DNA of 59,891 nucleotides, filler included, from Bonamia ostreae (Eukaryota), in the NCBI GenBank assembly GCA_040357525.1. It is 7 parts of 7 records of this genome, joined end to end, with 100 filler letters (N's around TTAATTAATTAA, not from the genome) between each part and the next. Parts side by side here need not be neighbours in the genome. Positions count along the whole stretch, not along the records: positions 8,728 to 17,343 come from JBDODL010000055.1; positions 17,444 to 26,019 come from JBDODL010000056.1; positions 26,120 to 34,655 come from JBDODL010000057.1; 4 more parts are not named here. The stretch is one strand, 5' to 3'. The notes beneath the pieces were generated by a model. That model was not told the DNA's origin. It was given only the letters and a program-made list of their open reading frames with translations, and ran no database searches. Shown in pieces: positions 13,642 through 27,212 of the stretch. Position 1 is the stretch's first letter; the number at the start of each line of letters is the position of its first letter. The translations under genes and the position numbers were made by a program.

Positions 13642-16094
13642 TTATTGGTTGGTAATCAGCGAATACAAGAATCTTTGTATTTTTGACACTAATGGAATAA
13701 CATGGCGTCTTCCAATATCTGTCTCGGGAATAATAAAATAGGCGATTACAGCCATCAATATCAATGTTATAACGTCATACCATTTCATAGAAAGTAATGA
13801 CTCCTCTTCCTCTTTAAGTTCTTCGAGCACTTCGTTGTCCTCTCCAGCAGTTTCTTCGTTTGACTTTTCTCTAGTTTTCTCGTCATTCTCTACATTAATC
13901 TCTATTTCGGAGCTTTATTTTAATATATTTAAAGTTTAAGCAAATTTGCTGTTCTTGAACATTCAAAAATTGTCAAAAGCGATCGTTTTGGAACTGCAAA
14001 ATTTCATTAAAAAACTGCTAATAATCTAATATATGATCAGCAAAAATTGCGAAAATTAAAAGCTTATAATGGACCTGAATTTAAGATCGACATAACAATC
14101 GGAATAAACAGTGATATCGTAAACAAAGCGACCGTTTTCTTCGGGCAGAATTTCGAGCTTCCAATTGAAATTCTCGCGATCGAAAGAAATTGTTTTGATT
14201 GCTTCAAAACTGTTTTGACCGCGTTTTTGCACAACCACTGTCCAATTCTCAAATTTTTTTGTTGGGAAGAAAGGACAATGAGCTTGCTGCCGCATTTTTA
14301 AAGTTTTTATTTTCTGTTTTTTAACTTTTGTTTTTCCTTTCGGAATTTTATTATTTTCTGTGTCCACGTTTGGTCCACCCTTGGCCTTTATTTTGTTTGC
14401 GCCAACAGAGGAGAGTTTTTTAATTTCCTCCTTGACTTCGGTAAAATCGAGGCTGCCTTGCCTTGATAAACGCCGGAGAGATATGTTCAAACTAAATTTC
14501 TCTCCTTCTAGAATTTCATTTCCACCATCTATCGCAGTTTTGATGTCAATGTGCGGTACAGCTTCGATAAAGCAATTTATATCTTTGATTTTTGCTTCGT
14601 TTAGATTTTTTAGAAATCCCAATAATGTTTTTGTCGGCATTTTTATCTTTTGTTGGGCAATTGAATTTTGTCCGAGAGAAATTTCCCCAAAACTATCAAG
14701 AAATTTGAAAAATGATGAAATTTTGTTTTTGTGCAAAAATTTGGCCATTCTCGAATCAACGTGCGGAATTTGCTCCAAGCCGTCTCCTCCAAATCTAAGT
14801 TTCTGGCTTAAATGTTGCCGCAAAATTATCAAAGATTTGATTGGAACGAACGGAATTTTCAGGTTGTTAATTTCGTTTATAGTATCCATTTTCATCCCTT
14901 TTTTCATTATCAATTGTCTTGCCCAAAAATCGGTGGCAACCATTTCATTCATCAAAGAGGTCAAAATTTTTTCCAATGTCTGGTTTTTAGAAAACAAACT
15001 GTTAAAACGAATATTTGGTCCTTTTTGAATGTTTCTGGGATTTCGTTTATGAAAAGGTGTGAGACCAGCAATGACCATGAATAATTAATAGAGGGGAGAT
15101 AGTTGTGTTTGCTCAATCTTAGCTTATTCCGACAATATTTAAAGAGTTCGTCAAATTTCTTTTGATCCGGAATCTCCAACTTTCTGAATTCGCTGCACAA
15201 CGATAAGGACTCTAAAAAATTTTGAGGCAAGCTGCTCTGTTTTATTTCCCTTAAATTTTCAAAGTTTTATTAAAATTTAAATGGTTTGATAATCTTTCAA
15301 ACATTGTCAAGATGCTAATTGTATCGTTATTAACCCCGTTAGAGTTGAATTTAGAGGCCTTTTTCCACCAAAAATAGACGGAAACGATTAGGAAAATGAG
15401 AGAAGCGACGTAAACGAACAGAATCAGCTTTTCATTTTCGTTCGATGTAAGAAACGAGGGCAATCCAATCGTAATAGATATTCCTTGGCGTCCATCTGGA
15501 TGGCCATGGTGCTTAAAGTTCTCTCTTGCTACCGGATCTGTAAGTGTCTGATAAGCTTTTTTTATTAGAATATATTTTTTCTCCGTTTCTACATTCAATT
15601 TGCCCTTTTGAATCTTTTTGTTTTTGGTGATTTTCTAAAAAACTTTATCGGGATGGTATTTGAGACTTAATTGGTAATATTTTTTCTTTATTTGAGACAT
15701 ATTTGCGTTTTCGTTGATATTTAGAATTTTGTATCTTAATTTTATCAGAATTTTGAAAATTGAAATGTGATTAGAAAGTTTTTTTGTTATTAATAAACGG
15801 ATCAAATTTCTCTATTTTGCCTTCAGCGTTCAGATTTAAACTAAAGAAGGCTCTAATATAGATCAGCCAAAATAACAAAAGCGCAACTTTAGAAATAAAA
15901 TGGCCAAAAGTGGTTTTCTTGGTGACGGTCACTTGTTTCGCGCATTCAGAACATTGACATTTGTTTTTTGATTTTTTTCGATTATAAAATGGTTGAATTA
16001 TATAGAGCCAAATTGTGTAAGGAACAAGAGTAATCGTAAGAATGGTTTCAACGAATAGAAAAAATGCCGAATCGTCGAATATTTCAAATGCCAT
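13642..16094 (-). CDS. SEC63: ER translocon J-protein Sec63, multi-exon
   Basis: N-terminal FDDSAF plus TM helices, FDP, J-domain SLKYHPDK, KAYQTLTDPVARENFKHHGHPDG, IGLPSFL, Sec63/Brl domain, AHCPFFPTKKFENW, YSDCYVD; spliced acidic tail exon 13642-13912. Confidence 0.92.
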
Positions 16095-16175
16095 TTGTCT
16101 AGTTTTACTTTATAAAATCTGCTTATTCTGCAAAAAGCTAAATTTATGATAACATCAATTCAATTCTTTTAATTT

Positions 16176-16515
16176 ATCGGAAGTCAAACCTCGACGACTG
16201 ACAATTGGATCCAAATCAGGATAATTAATTTATTGCAGTACATTCTCACTCATATTTAATATTCCATTTTGGCACATAAAATTTTTTACTTAAATGTTAA
16301 ATAAAGAGGATTATTGTTTTTTCAAAAAGAAAGAGATAAATGTAAAAAATAAGATTCACAAATTTTATTTTGTCTAGAAATCTTTCGAAAAGAAGTTCCC
16401 CTCCACCGCACAAACCAAAAAAGACGACATAGAAAGAGCGGGTAAATTTATTTGAATTAAAAAAGGAAGTGAAATAGATCAAATGGCCGATTATAACAAC
16501 TTCCAATAAATCTTA
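16176..16515 (-). CDS. 3' fragment of a membrane protein, possibly Derlin-like
   Basis: IIGHLIYF resembles the Derlin GHxxYF motif; truncated by an N gap. Confidence 0.3.
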
Positions 16516-16626
16516 NNNNNNNNNNGAGATTTGACAGAAAAAATTTATTGACTATAAAATGACATTTAAATGTAAATTTGTTAATTTGGTTCCAAATAAT
16601 AACGAATTTGAAACAAATTAGCAAAT

Positions 16627-17190
16627 TTATTGTGATACCACAGAAGGGCCTAACGCTCTCTCCGTCTGAAAATTATTTCTATTCATCGGCTGACACCGAA
16701 TTTTCATATAACTTTTTTCGTCAAAGATATAGCCATTTCCGATCGGCCGATATTTCTTTAAAGGGCCTTTATAAATATACGGATCAAAGACAGAGATTCC
16801 TTCATTTGTAGTACCTTTCGATCTACTTAAAACATGGAATCCCAATAAACCGAATAGCAATCCTTGAGAGAATAATTAATTGAAACCTCCGAGATGACCC
16901 GAATGAGAAAATAATTTCCACCGTAACAAGAGCCCCATAAGATCAAACATAATTACGCCAACCAACAAATGCTGCATCTCAAAATCGACAGAAGGCAAAA
17001 AAATAACATTTGCGGAGTTAAAGGGATACAAAAGCGTCGTCGCTGCAAAAATACCCAATGCTAAAAGTTAAGATTTAACCTGCCCCGCTAAGACCTACGG
17101 CGCCAAGCGGTTTTGTTGCGGAGAAATATTTTTCTAGTAAAAACAAAAATGCCCCGAACAATCCACTACCTTTAATGTGACAAGAGTAAA
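16627..17190 (-). CDS. PARL/Pcp1-type rhomboid protease, 5'-partial
   Basis: Catalytic GLSG (KPLGAVGLSGA) and FSHSGHLGG motifs; FDLMGLLLRWKLF is typical of mitochondrial rhomboids. Confidence 0.8.
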
Positions 17191-17623
17191 TTTTCCTAAA
17201 ATTTGTTAGATGTTCAATTTTAGGCCACGATTGATTTTTAACACAAATTTTTATTTTCTAAGACGAATTTTTATTTTTTAAGACGAATTTTATTTTTTAA
17301 GACGAATTTTTATTTTTTAAGACGAATTTATATTTTTTAAGACNNNNNNNNNNNNNNNNNNNNNNNNNNNNNNNNNNNNNNNNNNNNTTAATTAATTAAN
17401 NNNNNNNNNNNNNNNNNNNNNNNNNNNNNNNNNNNNNNNNNNNAAAAAAGGGATCGGCAGTCTTGTTTTACGACATGCTTCCAGATGGAAATTTGGACGA
17501 CGCAAGCTATCACGCCGGATTGCCCGTTTTAAAGGGGGAAAAGTACGTTGCCAATTTGTGGTTTTATAAAGCGATTTAAAGGGTTTGGGACAGAAACTAC
17601 AATTAAATTTACTACAACAAAAT

Positions 17624-18260
17624 TTAATATTTTCTATTTCTTCTATTTCGGCGATTTCTGTTTTTGCGGGAATGTCGGTTACGCTTTTGTCTGTTTTTGA
17701 ACAGATTTTCACAAGCTTTAATGATGGGAGCCTTTTCGCTTTGATCCGAATCTTTTTTCTTTTCGTTCAAAATTTGTTTTTCGTTTTCATTTTCTTTCTT
17801 GTTGAAATTTGCCAAAAAGTTGATAAAAATTTCGTCCTCTTCAATAGTGTTGTTTCGTGGGTCGACCATTCGATCCTTCTCGGGAACGATTTTGTCTTGC
17901 GACGGGGCATATTCGACAATCAGTTTTTTGTGTCTGATTTTACCTTATTTTGTGTTCAGCAAATTTGGAGATTTATCGAAAATTTTGAAAACCAAATTGC
18001 AAAAAACCGTCCACAGTTTTGTAGCTAACGCCATTAAAACTGTTTTTGAATTCGACGATGTCATTGGGATTTTTGAAAAACAAATAACAACGATTGTAAA
18101 CTAAAAGATTAAACAATTTCCTAAATTTTAGCGTTGCGTCATCGGGCTTTTCAAACCTGAAGGATTCCAACATGTAACCGAATGGTCTCAAAGCACGCAA
18201 AATATCGTCTCTTCTGACTTCCATGGGAATGTGTCTTAATACAATTTTTTGTTTTGACAT
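17624..18260 (-). CDS. UPF3: Nonsense-mediated decay factor UPF3
   Basis: KIVLRHIP, RCYLFFKN..IVEFKNSFNG, VEYAPSQ and DPRNNTIEEDEIFINFL match the UPF3 RRM-like domain; 3' end approximate. Confidence 0.85.
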
Positions 18261-18530
18261 TTTTGGCTAAATAAATTATTTGAGCGTTATAATATGTTTT
18301 TGGTAACAAATTTTTTATTCTAATGAAATTTTTTTCTAATGAAATGGGTTATTAGCAACTGCTTAAAATAAAAAAATATCATCGAAATAAAATTTAAAGA
18401 CTTGTTTTAATGTACTTCTAAACTAGTACAACCATTAAAACGAAGAAAATTAAGCTTCGAACAATTACTGTTTTAATATTGCCCAATATAATATTTACAA
18501 CTTAAAGTTTAGACTCAAAAATTTTTAATA

Positions 18531-19514
18531 ATGGTGGAACGTTTGATGTTTTGTTCAAATTTACAAACATAAAGAAAACCGAAATCCAAAAGGGCCAAAA
18601 GAGCCCTTAAAGAAATCGAACCAAAAATTATAGAAAACACCAAAACTCTTTTAATACTCAAATCACACACCGCCAATTTGGCCATCAACCAATTTTTTCA
18701 GGATATAGTTTGTCACCCAAAATAATAATGCAAATTATAATAATAAGATCACAACAAAAAGACCGTTCGTAAAATCGCTTTTGAAGAAAAACAAAATTTT
18801 TCCGTTCGAAGATAAAACTCCAATCGAATTTTTGTGCACAAAAAACGATTGTTCGCTATTTTTATTCGGTTCGCATTCAAAGAAAAAACCCCAAAATCTT
18901 GTTTTCGGGCGCATTTTCGATTCTTCCGTAATCGACATGGTTGATTTTAACTTAAAATAGTTTGAATTCGGACTAGAAAACTTCAAAAGAATGGCAGAAT
19001 TTGTTTAATTTTTAATTGCAAAATTTAGAAAAAGAGGACAAAAAGAATAGAACATGGCACAAAACCCTTTTTGTGTTTCCTCGGGAAATCCTTTGAAGAA
19101 ATGGATAAGCTAAAGAAAATAAAAAACCTTTTTGTCGACTTTTTCCGTGGAAAAGAAACTGATTTCGTCGATTTGAAGTACATTAAAAGAGCGATCGTTT
19201 TTGCGGCGATCGATTTCGAGACAATCCGTTTTACAGATTACGCTGTGACGATCAAACAAGACAACAACGTAAGTTTAGAAGAAATCGGACCTTCTTTTGA
19301 GTTAAAGCTGAAAAGAAATTATATCGCTTCTGAAAAGCTTTTATCTACGTCTCTTAAAAAGCCGAAGAAAATGGTTAATGAGCCCAAAAAAGTGAAAAAC
19401 GTCAAAACCGACAACTTTGGGAGCAAGATAGGGAAAGTTCATGTTGATAAACAGGACATTAGGAAAATCAATAAGCGGAAATTTAAAGGTTACAAGAAAA
19501 ATCGCAAAGACTAA
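18531..19514 (+). CDS. RPF2: Ribosome biogenesis Brix protein Rpf2 (5 exons)
   Basis: Spliced reading KPKSKRAKRALKEIEPKIIENTK, FPFED, CSLFLFGSHSKKKPQNLVFGRIFD, LEEIGPSF, GKVHVDKQD. Confidence 0.95.
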
Positions 19515-19565
19515 ATTTCTTATAATTTTAAGCTTTTGCATATAATTTTGAATTTAGATATTCTT

Positions 19566-19799
19566 ATGCCGATAATCAAATATGTTCCAATGATTAAGTT
19601 TGGTCTTAAAAAATTCGTTCCGGAAAAATTTGTTGCTTTAAAAGCTCTTGATAAAACAAACTCCGAAAAGTTTCTTAAGCCCGTTAATATTGATGATCTT
19701 TATGTCAAAAAAGTTGTCTTGGATGCCGAAGAGATAGAAGTCATTAACGTTTGATTTTTTAAAGTTATTAAGACCGGCTGTGGATATCTTTTCGATTAA
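19566..19799 (+). CDS. KGD4/MRPS36-like small mitochondrial protein
   Basis: YVPMIKF near the N-terminus and EEIEVIN-TG after a 24-nt intron (19749-19772) match the family's PxIKF...EEIExINxGG pattern. Confidence 0.65.
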
Positions 19800-19959
19800 A
19801 TTTTTAAAAAATTTTTTAATTCAATCAAATCTCTCCTTTTACAATTTCTACATTTTCGAAGATTTGCGGTTTTTGATTTCATAGTTGGACAGCGATTGCG
19901 GTAAAAATCGACATTAATCCAACACAATATATTTCGGAACAAATTTAGCAATCGCGAAA

Positions 19960-20265
19960 ATGAATCGAGCTATAAATCGTAGTTTGCGTTATTTTTGCAG
20001 CTCGATTTTAGATAGACCAAATATTTTCAAGCGTACCGTTAAAGTGTTTAAAATGGTTCCGTCTCTTAAAAATTACGAAGTCAGCAAAATCAAGGACGAT
20101 TCCAATTTTGTCACTGACTTGAATTTAGATAGTCTTGACAAAGTCGAAATAGTTGTTGGTTTGGAAGAAGAATTTGATATCACTATCGAAGAAGACATTT
20201 CTGATAAATTTACTACTGTCAAAGAGGCCGTTGACTATATCTACAAAACTATTCAAAAATCATAA
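19960..20265 (+). CDS. ACP1: Mitochondrial acyl carrier protein
   Basis: DLNLDSLDKVEIVVGLEEEFDITI phosphopantetheine motif; Arg-rich presequence. Confidence 0.95.
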   Translation: MNRAINRSLRYFCSSILDRPNIFKRTVKVFKMVPSLKNYEVSKIKDDSNFVTDLNLDSLDKVEIVVGLEEEFDITIEEDISDKFTTVKEAVDYIYKTIQKS

Positions 20266-20399
20266 CTCTTGCATTAAATCAAAACATTACAAATTTTATT
20301 ACATCAATGAACAATTTTAGCAATCCGTCAATATTAAACAAACAACATATATTAAAAGCTTGTTCTGCTATTTATTTTAAAATTAGCATCTACTAATTA

Positions 20400-23300
20400 A
20401 TGGCAGTAACCAGTTCTAATTCCGGATTCAAAAGAGGGCCTTTACAAAAAGGTAAATCTTAATAATTTTCAAAGCCGATAGGAAAATCCGAAAACAGATT
20501 CCGATTTCCAAAAAGCAAATCCAAATATTGGACAAAAAATCTGTTCACAAAGAAATGCTCTTCTTGGGAATTGTCAAGTCGATCACTTTACAAGAAGTGG
20601 CGGTCAGTCTTACAGACTGCCTCACCGGTTACATAAAAACCGATGAATTCTTAAATGAAAATTTGTCGATCCACAACAAAATCGGAAACAGGGCTATTTT
20701 CGAATCACTAAAGCATATTTTATTGCACAAGCCGTTACTTTGCGCGATCGTGAGAGTAAGAGAAAAACCTTCGCCCAAAATAATTTTAACGGCGAATCCG
20801 TCTAAAACAAACAATCGCTTAAAAACTTCATATTTGGTCAAAGACACCCTCATTTTTTCTTTGATCACAAGTGTTGAAGAAAATGGTTTCATCGTTGAAA
20901 CTGGAATCAAAAATATTCAAAACTCATTTCTTAAGTTAAAAAACAACAATAAATTTTACGAATATTTGGGCTCAACCGATAAAAACAATAAACTAATTAC
21001 TAATCTGAACATTTTGCGATTGCCGGTTTGGTCTAAAGTTCGGAAAATGGAGGAAGAGGGCCTCATTTTGTCATTTTGCTCAAAATTTCCAAAAATAAAA
21101 CAAATAAGAGAGTTTGATGATTTGCAACCGGGAATTGCGGTCGAAGCAACTGTCGTCGACATTTTTAAAAATGGCGCGAAAGTTATGTTTCAAAACATTT
21201 TCTTTGGAATTATCGACGAATTTAATTCAGAAAAACCGACTTCGGATTACAAAACGGGCGATAAGCTTATTGCGATTATTGTTTTAGTCGATTTTAAAGA
21301 CAAAAAAGTTTTTTTGTTCCGTCATAAAATATCCCAAATTTTCTATTTTCGTTAAATTTATCGACGATTTTGAAAACTTTTCCGTTATAAAATATCCAAA
21401 TTTTCGCAATTTTATCGAAAATTTCATCAACGATTTTGCAAATTTTAAAAACAAAAAAGATCATTTTATCGACAAAACCACATTTGGCACAGCCATTTTC
21501 CAAAAACAAATTTACGAAAATGGTCTTAAAGACCAAAAGAGGGACCGACTTGAAAGACGCAAAAGTTAGTTTGAACAGCAAAACGAACGGACTTTTTTTA
21601 AAATTTGAACAAGAACACAAAAAAGCAAAAAAATTCATTAACGCGTTTTGCCATGTGACAAGATTTGGAAACGACATCCATTCCCGAAAATCTGTTTTGG
21701 GCGGTTACAAAACGGGGAAGAACATCGATTGCAAAATTTATGACAGTTCGGAAATTTGTGGACTGTTCTTGGTTACTTTGGCGGAGCAGAAAAATGGTGA
21801 CGACATTATATTGTCTCTTGATGATTTGGTTGTTGGACAAATTTTAACTGTTTTTTAAAATTTAGCTTTTCCAAACTTTGTTTTATAAACAATTGAAGGG
21901 CAAATTACTAAAATTTGAAACTTATGGAATGCTGATGTCGCTCGGAACAAATTCGATAGACGAAAACAAATCGGTGAAAGGAGTTGTTCCGAACGAACAT
22001 TTTTCAGACGTTGTTCTCAAACGCCCAAAATTGAAGTTTTGAACATTTAAAGACATTTTGAAGATTCGAAGTCGGTCAAAAAATAAAGTGCCGTGTGCTG
22101 AATATCGACATTTTGGCGCGAAAAGTTTATTTGACCGCCAAACAATCTTTCATCGAATGGAACTCGGATATTCCTTTGACGGAAGAAGAAGCCGTGAACA
22201 AAATTTTAATCGGTTGTGTTCGTTCTATTTTTGGTAACTTTCGATCAATTTGAAGAAAGAGGGATTTACGTTAATTTCTTCAACGGTTTGTTTGGTTTTC
22301 TGTCCAAAAGAGAAATTTCCGCTGCCGGTTTCGAAGAAAAACCGTCCAAAATTTTCTTTGTTGGCCAGCCATTAAAAGTTAAAGCCGACGCATTAGCGCC
22401 GATCAAAAGAGACAGGAGCGGAAATATCGCTTCTGAGAACAAGCGGATGCTTTTTTTGACGCTTGATTTTTCGGATAAAATATCGCAGAACGCGAAGGAA
22501 ATGGCGTTGCCTTTCGGAAACGCGCAAAAATTTGTGAAGATCGGAGAAATGTGCGCTGGAACCATCATCGCTTTGCTCAAAAACAAAGCGATCCTAAAGA
22601 TTGATATAAGAAATTCTGATAACAAAAGTGATGATACAACTGTGCGCGGAGAGCTCTATTTTTCGCATTTGAGCGATTTGGATTGTTGTTCGGACGAGAA
22701 ATTTGAAAAGGGCCATAAGATAAAATTGGGTGACGTTTTTCGGAAGATGGCGGTAATCGGGTTCAAAAAGAATGGCGCTGCGTTATTGACAAACAAGAAA
22801 TTGCTGATTGATAAGTTGGATACGGAATATTTTCCTTTCCATTTAGAAAACGTTTCTTAATTTTAATGATATTGCAAAATTTAATTGTTTTATTAATGGC
22901 GCAAATTTATTGCAAAATTTAATTGTTTTATTAATGGCGCAAATTTATTGCAAAATTTAATTNNNNNNNNNNNNNNNNNNNNNNNNNNNNNNNNNNNNNN
23001 NNNNNNNNNNNNNNNNNNNNNNNNNNNNNNNNNNNNNNNNNNNNNNNNNNNNNNNNNNNNNNGTTTTATTAATGGCGCAAATTTATTGCAAAATTTATTT
23101 GTTCTGTTAATGGCGCAAATTTATTGCAAAATTTAATTGTTTTTACAAAAGGTTAAAAGAAACTCAATTTACATCGGAACAATCAAAAATATTCGGCAAA
23201 AGGGAATCGTTGTCGGGTTTTTGGGAGACTTGAACTGTTTCTGTCCGATTTCAATGGCGTTGGAGAAAGAAGAAACTAACCTCGACGAAAAATACAAAAT

Positions 23301-26019
23301 CGGAAAAACCGTTTTCGTCCGAATCGCAAATATCGATCGCGACAAAATCATTGGCTCCCTTAAACAAAACAGCTTTCGCAATCACAACATAAGTTTGACC
23401 AAATGGTGTTTTGAAAACTTGGTCGAGCAATTTTGGCAAATCAATGTTTAAATTTTCAATCTCCCGAAAATTTAGATCGGAAGAACGAATATTAAAATTG
23501 GACAAGTTTTTGAAGCGAAAACAAAAAACTGGAAAGACAAAAATCGTTTGGAGATCGATGTTCTGAGCAACGAGAATTCTGAACTTTTTGACAACAAAAT
23601 CAAAACGTAAAAACAAAACCTAAATTTTAACAATTAAAAATCTAAAAAACAAATTTTGAAAACAAAAAGATATTTGCTAACAAACCGAGAAAAATTAACA
23701 ATTGAAAATCCGAAAACAATAAAAGTGGTTTTTATCGATTTCGAAATTCCGGAAAACAAAGAACAAGTTCAATTTTATTAAATTTAGCCAATCAAAGCAA
23801 ATTTTCTCTTAAAATCAAAAACAGAAAATGGCGCAAATTTTAAAAACTTTAGCACAATTCATAACAACTCTTTTTATTCTTTGATAATGGACAGTTCGTC
23901 GGATTCGACTGCTTTTAAAATCGAAAAATTGTTGAACGTCAAATTTTGCAAAAACAATTTGAATTTCGCGGAAAAGTTCCAAATCGGAAATGTTTCTGTT
24001 TTCTGTTCTCGAAATTCTAAAAAAGCCTCGGATTCTGACGAAGAAGAAGATTCGGACAGCGATTTGTTGTTCGGACTTTACACAAAAGGAGAAAAAGTCG
24101 AAGGTGTTGTATCAAACGTTTCTGACAATGGGTTGGATGTGACTTTGAACAGAAGTTCTGGTTTTTCGATGTAATAAACTCAATTTTCAAAATTACTTCA
24201 ATTTGCGTCAATTTTGTAAAAACTTAAAAAAAAGATATAAAAGCGATAATTCACTTTTCTCAAATGGCTGAAAACTTTACAGTTCTTCTCCAATTCCACG
24301 ATTACCTCTCGGATCGATCTGAAAAAACGAATTTCAGACACAAAAAAGGCTCAAAAATCGAAGCGAAAATAATCGGAAAAAGAGGAAACAAACTTTTATT
24401 GACGTTATTGCCTGAAAAGTTAAATTCAGAGAAGAGAAAAATTGGTCAGAAATGGATTCCAGGAAGAGTCGTTAATGTAAGCAACAACGTTTGGCTGAAT
24501 GTCGAAGTTGGTGAAAGAAAGCAAGGCCGAGTCCATATCACGAACATTAAACGCAATTGGGACGACGATCCGATGGCTGAATTTGAAAAAGGTCAATTTG
24601 TCAAGTTGTACAGGACGAACAATTTTTATAAAAACGAGAGCAATTTTGAGTTGTTTAGTTTGTACTGCGTTGATGACATTCTTAGCGAAAATTGTTTTTT
24701 TTCTTTTTACAGTCATTTTTATTTTTACAGTCATTTTTATTTTTACTCATTTTTATTTTTACTCATTTTTATTTTCAGTCATTTTTATTTTTACTCATTT
24801 TTATTTTCAGTCATTTTTATTTTTACTCATTTTNNNNNNNNNNNNNNNNNNNNNNNNNNNNNNNNNNNNNNNNNNNNNNNNNNNNNNNNNNNNNNNNNNN
24901 NNNNNNNNNNNNNNNNNNNNNNNNNNNNNNNNNTATTTTTTGCTCATTTTTATTTTCAGTCATTTTTATTTTTACTCATTTTTATTTTTTACTCATTTTT
25001 ATTTTCAGTCATTTTTATTTTTTACTCATTTTTATTTTCAGTCATTTTTATTTTCAGTCATTTGTGACTAATCTGTTATTCTTATAAAATCCTGAAAAAT
25101 TTTATAAAAAAATAAAAACTTAAGTAAAACGACAATTAACGAATGAAATAAAATTGAACGACATCGTAAAGGGATATGTAAAATCCGTCCATCCGTTTCT
25201 ATTAATTAACAATTTCTAAATTCCAAAAACAAATTTTATACAATTTTCAAAACTTTGATATAAACAAAATAAAACGAAGATCAAAAGGAGTGTTCGTAAC
25301 ATTGAACCCATTCCAAGACGCTCTCGTCTACAAAAAAGACCTTTCAGACGGCTTTGTTACCGATATCGAATCCAAATTTCCGCCGGGCCGTTTAGTCCGC
25401 GCCAAAGTCATTTTTTCCGACGGCAAATATTTGCGCCTTTCCTTGAAAGGCAGCGACACCGATCCGTCGCTCAAAAACTTTGCCGACTTTTGCAAAGATC
25501 AGGTCGTCTCGGCCAAAGTTGTCTCCGCAACTCCGGCCGGCGTCTTCGCCAAATTGGAGAGCAGTTCGATCGTCGCGCTTTGTCGTTTGGACAATTTGGA
25601 GAACAACAACAATTTGAGCAAAAGCGAATTGACTGATTTCTACAAAAACAAGATTGGCCAATCGCTGAAATTTAGGATCGGCAGTCTAAATTCGGATTCC
25701 CAAAAAATCAATTTGACGATGAAAATCGGTAAAATCAGTCAAAACAGCAAAACAGACAGTGCTGACAACGATAAAATCAGCGGCGATGACAACAAAAAAG
25801 ACGATGATATCAGCGACGATGGCAAAGACGATGACATCGAAGAAAAATTTTTAAACGATATCGAAGGCGTAGAAGCTCTAAAGATCGACAATGAAGACAA
25901 ATCAGAATCCGAATTGGACGAAAATGGAGAAAACAACGAGGAAAGCGGAGAACAAAAAGGCGAAAAAATGGTCGAGGAAAAAACGAAAGAGGTGGAAAAA
26001 ATGGTCGAAGAATCACCGG
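20400..26019 (+). CDS. RRP5: rRNA biogenesis protein Rrp5 (S1 repeats), multi-exon, 3'-partial
   Basis: N-terminal FKRG; many S1 repeats (SVEENGFIVETG, GIYVNFFNGLFGFL, GRVHITNI, DLSDGFVTD..SKFPPGRLV); acidic linker before the gap. Confidence 0.9.
22870..23143. repeat. Intronic tandem repeat (~37 nt, TTGCAAAATTTAATTGTTTTATTAATGGCGCAAATTTA)
   Basis: Multiple copies flanking an internal N gap in an RRP5 intron. Confidence 0.85.
24705..25062. repeat. Intronic minisatellite (16-18 nt, TCATTTTTATTTTCAG / TCATTTTTATTTTTAC)
   Basis: Many copies on both sides of an N gap within an RRP5 intron. Confidence 0.9.
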
Positions 26020-27212
26020 NNNNNNNNNNNNNNNNNNNNNNNNNNNNNNNNNNNNNNNNNNNNTTAATTAATTAANNNNNNNNNNNNNNNNNNNNNNNNN
26101 NNNNNNNNNNNNNNNNNNNATTTATCAAATTCGAAATCAGTATCAAATTAAAAATGCTTTTAATAATTAATTTTCTATATTGGTTTTAATTTTTCAATAT
26201 TATTAATACTAATTTTTTCAATATTTATTTTTTCAATAGAGGTGAACGGGGATAAGTTATTATTATAAAGATAATTTGTCAAAAACTTGTTCAAACAATA
26301 AATAAATTTGATTCCAAAAAATGAAAAAAATAATTTATATCACTTCAAAATATTATTTTAATAAAATGGACGATTCAAATCAAATTATTCGTCTTTCGTT
26401 CTACAATATTATAGGATTTTTAATTTTACCGTCAGTAATGATCGCTATATTGTCTGTCTTGTACCATCTGAAAATTGCAGTTTTAATAAAATTATCAAAA
26501 GATCAAAGATAGAAACGTTTTAATTATTCTTTAAACACAAATTAAAATTTTTTATCATAAATTATAAAGCAAAGCGCATTCAAAGTTTCTAAAATCTAAT
26601 TTTTAGGAAATGATCGTTTACATTTTCTCAATTTTAGAATTTCTTGAAAGTTTTTTATAGTATTTAGAACGAAGACAAGTTTTTAAAAAATGAAAAACAT
26701 ACGAAAAACAAAAAGAAATACAAAATAGTTTAATTGAACATAATAATCAATAATAAAAAGCGGAAGTTGATTGTAATTTAAAACTAATTTTTAGGAAAAA
26801 ATGGTAAAATTTATTTAACAAAAAACTAGAAACCTAGCTTTAACGCAGTTTTTTAAAATAATTATATTTTTCGAAAGTCAGAAAAAGTTTTTTATACTAA
26901 AATTAAGTCGATTCCAGTTTGATTCAAATATTTACAGTTGGAAATTACAGATAACGACAAAAAGATAATTTTAGAACAAATCGTTTAAAAATTAAGAATT
27001 GAAGGAAAAAATCGACGAAAGTATAGAAAAAAATTATTTTGACAAAAGCGAAAAAATAAGAACGCTTCAGCTTTATATTGTTTTATAACGTTAACATTTG
27101 ATTTTAAAGTGCTTTTTGGTTTTATAAATTTGCTAAATTTTGCAGAGTGATTTAGTTTTTTCAACCCTATTTTAGTTATCAGACGATAAAGTTGATAAAG
27201 ATGTGACGTTAT

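Noticed and set aside
13935..14046. Two hairpins inside the last Sec63 intron
   Set aside because: No H/ACA or C/D boxes in the right positions; stems could arise by chance in AT-rich DNA.
14360..15028. 222-aa plus-strand ORF
   Set aside because: Antisense to the Sec63 exon; no independent motif.
24692..25087. Phe/Ile-rich ORFs in three frames
   Set aside because: Translation of an intronic minisatellite and N gap.
26237..26260. TAGAGGTGAACGGGGATAAGTT, reminiscent of a DNA transposon terminus
   Set aside because: No matching inverted copy or transposase found in the window.
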